Assembly (NCBI GenBank): GCA_001642005.1
Contig: LWCA01000146.1
Span: 1-47,513 of the forward strand
Source of the DNA: Intoshia linei
Lineage: Eukaryota > Animalia > Orthonectida
Reading direction: 5' to 3'
Length of the DNA: 47,513 bases
The stretch's first letter is position 1, and every line of letters starts with the position of its first letter. The translations under genes were made by a program, and so were the position numbers. Below, in pieces: positions 39,906 to 47,513 of this stretch. A model generated the notes under the pieces. The model ran no database searches and had not been told where the DNA came from. It worked only from the letters and a program-made list of their open reading frames with translations.

Positions 39906-42900
39906 ATGGACAAGGACATTTTTCAATTAAAGAGAATTGACTATGAAAAAAAAATTCGTGGATACAAACAAGAAAAAATACATACCAAACATTTGGCATG
40001 TGCCGTAATAAAATCGATAGACATGGCATTAACATCAAAATGGTTTGTTTGTTATCAATGTACTTTTTTTTGCAACTTTGAAACATGTGCAAACGATTCA
40101 TCAGATACTAAAAACGCAATTTTGGTGCATTTACGGGAACATCTTAATATAAAAATTTTTAAATGTCCATTATGTGACACATCATTTAATTTATTTGATA
40201 ATTTTCGAGTTCATTTTACATTTCATTTGAATAATACTAGAAATTATATTCCGGTTTTAGCTAATATTGTAGTATTACTAAAAAAATATTTCAAATTTCA
40301 AATTTTCAGTACAAATTTGAATGAAAACGACATTCCAAATTATGCCCCATATGTGGAATGGGCTGTTTATTATGATATTTTTGATACCCTCGTTACTTTC
40401 TATCAAACGAGAACTAACATTAATTTGGATTTGTTCAAGTATATCAAAACATTTCAAGAACTAGCAACTGATTTTAAAGATTCCCATCAAGTGTTGAATG
40501 AAATTAAAAGAAATATAGAAAATTTGAATCAAAATTTGAAGGACGAAAGTTTAGGTATAAATTCAAATCTTATTAAATGTTCAGAGTGTAAATTTCTATT
40601 TACTAAAGAACGGTTACTTCGATCTCATATGATTTCTGTACATATTGTGAGCGAAGACATTTTTTGTCCCCTCTGTCCCTCAGAATTTGATCAACCTTAT
40701 GAATTTGCTAAACATTTATTGAAATTCCATCATTTTGTAACAAAGAGTGAAAAATATGGCCATAATTTTATTTTAAATAGTCAAAAAAATTTGAGAAAAG
40801 ATTTAAATAAACCTCTGTGTAATTTTACATGTTCCTTTTGCGATCAAAGGTTTTTAAAAATTAGTGATTTTAGAACGCATGTAAAAATTCATGAAATTAC
40901 AAAAAAAAAGTTAAAACCCCGAAAATGTAATCGTAATAAAGATAAATCAAATTACAAATTTACGTGTGAAATTTGTAGTAGTAAATTTCAAAAATTATCC
41001 CTTTTGACGCGACATGAAAGAATTCACACTGGAGAAAAGCCTTTTAAATGTACCAAATGTGAAAGAGCTTTTAGTCAGTCTAATGCTTTGAAAGCTCATT
41101 TATATTCATTTATTCACAATGAAAAGGGGCAGTACGTGTGTCCCTTGTGCCCACAAAACTTTACTCAATTGCAATATTTAAGACAACACGTTAAAAATGT
41201 TCACGAATCTATTAAATTAAAAAAACCAAAAGTTTATAAATGCCAATCTTGTACCAAAACATTTGATGTTAAGGATAAATTGTGGGAACATAATCGGGGG
41301 GAACACAGTAAACGATTTTTTCCTATCCCAGTCATGACAAAGAGCCAAGATACCCAAGAAAAAAAAGTTTTGTCTTTTTATCAGTCTTTGAATATAAAGT
41401 TTACAAAGAGGGTTATAGACAATAGGTTTTATTTTGAATGCCCCGTGTGCGAGCAAATTTTTTTGCACAACTATGCGTTGAAAAGACACTTTATTAAACA
41501 CACAGGGTTGAAACCGTACACATGCAGAGTTTGTTCGGTCAGTTTTGTATATAAATATCAACGGGATCTTCATTTTTATACTCATTTCCCTAATAAATGT
41601 TTGAAATGCTGTATTGCTTTTGCTTCGTGTGATGAATTGACTAGCCATGTTAAGGATAATCATGATTTGGAAAAATTTAAAAATCGTGTTTATACGTGTC
41701 CCGTTTGCATGAATGAAACTTTTAATGAAGAAAAAAATATGATTGAACATATTGATGAAGCTCACAGTCATTTTTTACACGTCGATGATGATTTGGATCA
41801 AATTTTTAATGACTTGTTGACTGGAACTTTTTATAAGAAAAAAATTTACGTTGATACCAATTTTATAGAAAGTAATGATATCAATATCACCCTTGTTGGA
41901 GATTCTGCTCAAATTGGTAACGTTTCAAATGATTCGAACGATTCTAATTTTTTAAATGAGTCCACCTTGTCGAATTGTGTTTCAAATTCAAATTTGAATT
42001 CAATGCAAGTGTATAAACCAAATGTCACATTTCCTACTGTCTATATGGGGTCAAAATCTAACAAATTGAAAAATATGCGAAATAATAACATGTGGATGGA
42101 ACCTCTCAAATACCCACTTCTTTTTAAGACTAATCATGTTTCAAAAAAAGATGTCAACACTTTTTGTGTCAATTGCAATTTAAATAATAATTTTATTTCA
42201 TTTAATGGTAATATCGCAAATAGCATTTCTCAATACTGCTCACCTGATGCAAACACTCTTCCAGTCGTTTTTGTACCTCAAGTTAATAAATACAAGTTTG
42301 TTATTCCTCCAAATGTTAAAATTAATCAAAATGTCAATTGCACGAGTTCTGACTCTAATGCTGTCATTTGCCAAGAAAATGACACAATCATGAATTGGGA
42401 TACTTTTGTATATAAAGATGGAATTAATAACTCGGAAAGCGACTTGAATTTAAATTCAAAAGTAAAATTTGAATCCAGTGTCAAGGAATCGTCAATTGAA
42501 GATGTAGATAATTTTTTTCAGACTAGTGAAAATCTTGATACTTACGTATTAAAAAAAAATGACAATCTAAATGAATTTTCAAAATTAAATTTCCAAAGTG
42601 AAAATCAAGATTCTATTGATAATGATCTAATATACCCTTCATTACCACTAGAACTGGATTGTAATGTCATTGATGAAAGTTTAGATTTGAATGTCGATTG
42701 TACGAAAAACACTTTTTCTACATTGCCTTCTCCTTCGCAAATTAGAATTGAATCATTTTCTCCAAATGCATTTGATGAAGATTTGCATACAACCTATTTA
42801 CAACCGGATAGTTTGTCAGAATTTGGTGGTAATGTTGTTACAGATGATTCCAGTTGTGTTAATAGGTCAGATATGTTTGATTTCAATCAAGACAAATTTC

Positions 42901-43286
42901 ATTTTATTCATAATAGTCCTAATGAATCTAATTTTAAATCTAGTTTTAAATTGCTTGTTGATAATGAATCTATTAATTTTATTCAGGATATTAAAACAAC
43001 CCCAGATGTTAATAGGAGGTATAAAGATCTTTTTAAAAATAAAGACAAATCGATAAATAACAAATTTTATGAAATGAAAAGTCCTGGATGTGTTTTAACT
43101 AAATTTGATTCTAATCGCAGCAATTTTAAGGATGGATTAGATCAATTTACTTTTAATTATATGGCTACGCCTAATTATGAACCCAATGTTCAGGCATTTA
43201 ATGTTGGTAATAATTCATTTTTGTACATTTATTACAAGCTTATAAAGTGGTTTTTTTTACGTATAACTATGATCAGTGTTCATTGA
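39906..43286 (+). CDS. Multi-C2H2 zinc-finger protein (13 fingers visible), ZNF236-like finger arrangement
   Basis: 1126-aa ORF with CxxC..HxxxH repeats, TGEKPF and TGLKPY linkers, and an N/S/D-rich C-terminal half. The coding exon probably ends at a donor G|GTAATA (43206/43207). No downstream exon identified. Confidence 0.88.
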   Translation: MDKDIFQLKRIDYEKKIRGYKQEKIHTKHLACAVIKSIDMALTSKWFVCYQCTFFCNFETCANDSSDTKNAILVHLREHLNIKIFKCPLCDTSFNLFDNFRVHFTFHLNNTRNYIPVLANIVVLLKKYFKFQIFSTNLNENDIPNYAPYVEWAVYYDIFDTLVTFYQTRTNINLDLFKYIKTFQELATDFKDSHQVLNEIKRNIENLNQNLKDESLGINSNLIKCSECKFLFTKERLLRSHMISVHIVSEDIFCPLCPSEFDQPYEFAKHLLKFHHFVTKSEKYGHNFILNSQKNLRKDLNKPLCNFTCSFCDQRFLKISDFRTHVKIHEITKKKLKPRKCNRNKDKSNYKFTCEICSSKFQKLSLLTRHERIHTGEKPFKCTKCERAFSQSNALKAHLYSFIHNEKGQYVCPLCPQNFTQLQYLRQHVKNVHESIKLKKPKVYKCQSCTKTFDVKDKLWEHNRGEHSKRFFPIPVMTKSQDTQEKKVLSFYQSLNIKFTKRVIDNRFYFECPVCEQIFLHNYALKRHFIKHTGLKPYTCRVCSVSFVYKYQRDLHFYTHFPNKCLKCCIAFASCDELTSHVKDNHDLEKFKNRVYTCPVCMNETFNEEKNMIEHIDEAHSHFLHVDDDLDQIFNDLLTGTFYKKKIYVDTNFIESNDINITLVGDSAQIGNVSNDSNDSNFLNESTLSNCVSNSNLNSMQVYKPNVTFPTVYMGSKSNKLKNMRNNNMWMEPLKYPLLFKTNHVSKKDVNTFCVNCNLNNNFISFNGNIANSISQYCSPDANTLPVVFVPQVNKYKFVIPPNVKINQNVNCTSSDSNAVICQENDTIMNWDTFVYKDGINNSESDLNLNSKVKFESSVKESSIEDVDNFFQTSENLDTYVLKKNDNLNEFSKLNFQSENQDSIDNDLIYPSLPLELDCNVIDESLDLNVDCTKNTFSTLPSPSQIRIESFSPNAFDEDLHTTYLQPDSLSEFGGNVVTDDSSCVNRSDMFDFNQDKFHFIHNSPNESNFKSSFKLLVDNESINFIQDIKTTPDVNRRYKDLFKNKDKSINNKFYEMKSPGCVLTKFDSNRSNFKDGLDQFTFNYMATPNYEPNVQAFNVGNNSFLYIYYKLIKWFFLRITMISVH

Positions 43287-43656
43287 ACACATGCATTTAT
43301 TTACCAAATTTTAAAAGAAAGTTTAAAATACAAATTGTAAGTTAGTTTTTTTCTGGTAGAGCGAGTAAGATATATTTCACTCTCAGAAATTTGCATCTTT
43401 ACCGGCAAAAAAATTTACTTCCTTTTTTTGAAAAATTAAAAATTTAAACATTCTTCCTATAATTTCAAAAAAAATCTGGAATTATTTTACTATTTTGTAA
43501 AATTACTTTTTCAAAAATTTTAATTAAATTATTAAAAAATACATGGCTTTTATTCTAAAAACCTGACTATCAATATGCAGTTAAAAAAATATTGTGGGTA
43601 ATATCAAAATAACTGCTATAATTTGGGTAATCTAGTAAAAAACTTGGTAAACACTG
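43274..43656. mobile_element. Probable degenerate MITE (CAGTGTT...AACACTG)
   Basis: 7-bp terminal inverted repeat and internal GGTAA/TTAC repeats. The TSD is degenerate. Confidence 0.4.
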
Positions 43657-43663
43657 CTCTAAT

Positions 43664-43885
43664 CAGAACCGAACCTAACAAACTCTAGGACACCGACAAA
43701 GAAAAAAGGCCCCTAAAAATTCAAACGATTCGTAGTGTCATATAGCTCTTAATTATCTCGCAAAGATTGCTGAGTTGACATTTTAAATTTAGCAGACAAT
43801 AGTTATGATATTTAAGAAAATAATGTTATATTGTAAATGAATAAGTCCCCGAAAAGCGGTCTCGGGTACGGTGGGTTTGGAACTG
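43664..43885. mobile_element. hAT-type MITE (GGCTATATGACACTA family, reverse orientation)
   Basis: CAGAACCGAACC ... GGTTTGGAACTG imperfect TIR. Flanks gctctaat/actctaat match 7/8. Confidence 0.7.
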
Positions 43886-44081
43886 ACTCTAATATTATAT
43901 AATTAATAAAAATGTGAAAAAAATGAAAAGAATTTGTTTGGATGATGAAATTTTTGTTCATTAACGTTATGTTTAATTTTAACACTCTAAGGGTGATATA
44001 CCCTCAGTTAAGAAATATACAATACTTGTGTATCACACGGTATATCAAATTTTGAGCTGGGTTAACCTTATTCGGTTAGAT

Positions 44082-44390
44082 CAGGGTTTCAACTATGAGG
44101 CCCCCAATTGTGGTATGTGCGGTCATGCGTTATAATAAAAAATTTTTATTTTTATAACAATTTTTTACACATATTTGTTTTTTTCCAGATTTTTTATGAT
44201 TTATTTATGATTACAATTTTAACATTATTTTTACAGTGTACACTTATTCCATATTGTTTCTTATTTCATTTTATTAATTAAAACTGTTAGTTTTAACATA
44301 ATTTTTTGAGTGAAGATTTTTTTGTGTGGCCCGCGTAATTATTTTTTTTCACATTCGATTTGCCAAGAAAATTGAGTCTGACAACCCCTG
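44082..44390. mobile_element. hAT (Buster/Charlie-type) MITE
   Basis: Perfect TSD ggttagat (44074-44081 / 44391-44398). CAGGG...CCCCTG ends and a GTGGCCCGCG subterminal motif. Confidence 0.85.
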
Positions 44391-44411
44391 GGTTAGATTC
44401 AAATATAGGTA

Positions 44412-44800
44412 CTAATTTATGACCACATCTTCATTAGTGTATTTTCCAATAATACGGTAAAAAATTATTTGTTTGTGGGATTCAGTTAAATTTTTCTTGA
44501 TTCTTTTTCTTGTTAAGTTTGCATTTTTAAATAATTTGAATATTTCGGTTTTTGAAACTTTAATATTTTTTTCTTTAAGTTTTTCCATTACTTTTATTTG
44601 GGTAATGGAATTGTCATTTCCCACAATTTCAACAATCTTTTGAAGTAAGTCAGATTTGTCTATTTTTTTCTTTCCTTTCTTTTTGTTATAATCAGAGAAT
44701 CTTAACTTTTTATCACTTTCATCATACAGTTTTAATACTTTGTATATTGTGTTTATGTTTATATTAGTGATGGTTAATATTTGTTTTGGTTTTTCTGTGT
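44412..44800 (-). pseudogene. Tc1/IS630-superfamily transposase N-terminal fragment
   Basis: TIYKVLKLY...KGKKK...IVEIVGNDNSITQIKVMEKLKEKNIKVSKTEIFKLFKNANLTRKR fits the tandem-HTH pattern. Truncated before the catalytic domain. Confidence 0.7.
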
Positions 44801-45085
44801 TGCCTAATTATATTATTAGTAAATAATTTATGATATTGTAGTTATACCTATAATAATGAATGTGTAATTACTTATCACCTAATTGTGTTATTTGGTTAAA
44901 AGTTGTCCTCGTCAGTAAAGTACGTTGTTTACGACTGGTTTGATTTGATTTTAATTTTTCTATTGGACCATTTTGATCCATATTTTATTTAAATACAGTC
45001 AATTTATAATCTTTTTAACCAAAAATATATCTTTTCGATAACAGTATAATATTTGTAAATCAGTGACTATAGAATATATAGGATA

Positions 45086-45320
45086 CAATGGATTCCAACA
45101 ATATAATTACAAATCCCAGCAATACAATTATAGATTCCAACAATTATTTTTACGTTTTAGTATCATCAATGATCATATTATCTTTACACTAGGATGAAAA
45201 ATTTTGGCATACAATTGTAAAATAAAAAATGTATGAAATTCTTTTTACATAATTTAATTATATAGTTAGAATCTATAATTGTATTGCTGGAATTGGTAAT
45301 TATATTGTTTGAATGCACTG
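45086..45320. mobile_element. Tc1/mariner-type MITE with ~60-bp TIRs
   Basis: TA|CAATGGATTCCAACAATATAATTACAAATCCCAGCAATACAATTATAGATTC ... GAATCTATAATTGTATTGCTGGAATTGGTAATTATATTGTTTGAATGCACTG|TA. Confidence 0.82.
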
Positions 45321-46364
45321 TAAATGTATCGTTATTCGTAAGCGGAATTTGATAACTAATAGTAAGTAGTAATGTTAGGAAAACCAAAAAAGATAAAGAC
45401 TCGGGGGTTTTTTGTGACGAAAATAAACAATATTTATATCATTCTGCAGAAAAGAGGATAAGGGTCAGTAAGTGGAAAGTATAGGCCCCTATAAAAAATT
45501 TTTTAAAAATAGACCTCTATACATTAATTAATCGAACGTTTATTATCTAAAAATTAAAAATAACCATTTGAAATCGCATTAATTATCAAAATTATGATAT
45601 ATTTAAGAAATTTTTCATCAATACCTATTAATAAATTAAAAAAGTAGGCCCTCATTATTATAGACACGAGACATATGACCCTCTCCACGACCCTGTCTGT
45701 ACTTACTTTAAACTTTTATAAAAATGAAAACGTGTCAACTATCATATCCACTAAAAGCTTTGGAAGTACTACTGCAATATCCAGTAGATATATTATCTAT
45801 TTTCCATTGAAAAAATATCAGAAAATGTAGTAGCTATGATCATATCACCAAATTCATTAATCAAAAAGAGACTTCAAATATAATGTTAAAGACTCAAAAA
45901 ATAGACGAATTAAGTAGTTTCGGAAAACTTTTACATAACAATTGTACAAATTTATTTACATACATTTTAATGGGATCGTCATTGTTGGTTTGAAATGAGA
46001 AGTAAGCTAAATCTTCGCATTGTGTTTGATAGGCTCACTCGCATACCGGCGCAGACATCTAATTTATTTTCTTTTTTTTTTTAATTTGTTAGAATAGAAA
46101 ATGCAGCCTCAAAAAACTATGTTGTATCAAGTTTTATGATTACTTCAGGGTCAATTTTAGTCACAAATGGATAGATATTAAGCATACTACACTAAAAATC
46201 ACACAATATACCATTTAAAGCTATCATAGTCATATATAATTTATTTCCCAAAGGGCCATTAGAAAAATCAAGGGACTATGTAAAAATTTTTCTATTTGGG
46301 GGCCAAAGTAAATTATAGTGCCCTTAAAAAATTTTATAAATATTTTAATGTATTAATATATAAT

Positions 46365-46894
46365 TTATTTCGAATACATCAATTCTCTTGTAGTTTTATT
46401 TAATGACTCACAAAACAGATATTCCTTCTTAATGTTATCATTAACAACATATCTTGAAAACACATCAGTAGATTCGTCCAATTTTAAACTAAATTTTACT
46501 AGGCTTTTTCGAAGTTCATCTATAACTTGAAATTCGATAACTTCTGCTAAATTTTTAATCTGTTTACAAAGGAATTGATTTAAGTGCCCCTTTTTGTTTT
46601 TCGCCAAGTAGAAGTTCTGCAATGTTAAAAGTACAGGGTTTGATCAACGTTTCCGATGGTATGATGCTTTTTTTGTTTAGAAAACAGGTAAGCAACATGA
46701 TATTATGCTTCTACAATTTTGTAAGATTTAGAGGAATTGATAAATTGTCAACTGTTCCACCTATATCGAAACGTCTTCTTTTTCAAACGATAACTTCAAC
46801 ACTGTCAGTGAGGTTTTTCGGTTTCATCTGCATCATTACGACTAATAAAACCAAATTCTACGTAATTGTTATTACATTGTCTTCTTTTAGACAT
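46365..46894 (-). pseudogene. Decayed hAT Buster/Charlie (ZBED5/SCAND3-like) transposase
   Basis: ATG at 46894: MSKRRQCNNNYVEFGFI..EKP, then stops and frameshifts. Later KKHHTIG, LIKPC and FSLKLDESTDV..RYV..IKKEYLFCESL. Remnants may extend to ~45720. Confidence 0.85.
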
Positions 46895-47513
46895 CCTTAG
46901 AAAAGGTTAAACACTATGATAATTTATATATTAAAATACATAATTTTTATACCTTAAAAAAGTTGAAAATACAAAATAAATTTGATTATAATTTCAATAT
47001 GATTGTGAATAAATTCAATGAGCGTTAATTATTAATTTAACTTAAATATCTAATCTTTTTGTTGATAATAAAAATATCAAAATTGATGTTGGTAATTTTT
47101 TTGGTGTTTATCATGTTTTGTGAACCATTTTGTTTTAAATTCATTTCTAGCTCATTTATTTTAGCTTTTAAAGATGCTTGAATTCATCATAATTAGTCTT
47201 AAAAACTATAGATAATATTTATTATATACTCAAAATGAATGAGCTAGATTTTTATTTAAAAAAACAATACGGTGTCCACTGGAAACCCAAATGTACATTT
47301 ATTGAGTTATTTTTATAAATTTAGCTACTACAATTTAAAAGTTTAAATAATTGACTGTATTCGAGTCTTAACGTAAAAGTTTTATATGATTACATTTTAA
47401 ATATATAATATTATAAAGCGATAAATTTGTATATTGTGTATTGATAAATATGCATTTTTGAGTTGATAAAAATACTCAATAGAAAATAATATAATAAAAA
47501 AAATTACTAACTA

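Noticed and set aside
45073-45197. Possible in-phase last exon of the zinc-finger gene (EYIGYNGFQQYNY..)
   Set aside because: It lies within the TIR of a Tc1-type MITE, so the open frame is probably fortuitous. RNA evidence would be needed.

Overview
Very AT-rich eukaryotic (animal-type) genomic DNA, not prokaryotic. The genes are spliced. Many introns are minimal (35-49 nt) and a few are kilobase-sized and filled with repeats, which fits a compact parasite genome such as an orthonectid (Intoshia-like; inference only). I could splice four complete genes by hand with frame-consistent GT-AG introns: a rhodopsin-class peptide GPCR (-, 381 aa), adducin (-, 680 aa), PI4-kinase alpha (+, 1989 aa) and WDR33/Pfs2 (-, 599 aa). 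Also present are the 3' end of an unknown gene, a 291-aa single-exon orphan ORF and a 13-finger C2H2 gene resembling ZNF236. Long introns and intergenic DNA are mosaics of non-autonomous DNA elements: a Helitron-like family (about 9 pieces; A|TC 5' end, 3' hairpin, CTAG|T), several hAT families with 8-bp TSDs, pogo/Tc1 elements with TA TSDs, and a dispersed minisatellite. Two signals stand out. First, a frameshifted, 3'-truncated PABP copy with a (GAAAAAA)9 leader is nested in adducin intron 1 between Helitron pieces, a candidate Helitron gene capture. Second, three long introns each carry an inverted, 5'-ends-inward Helitron pair that could fold the intron back on itself.
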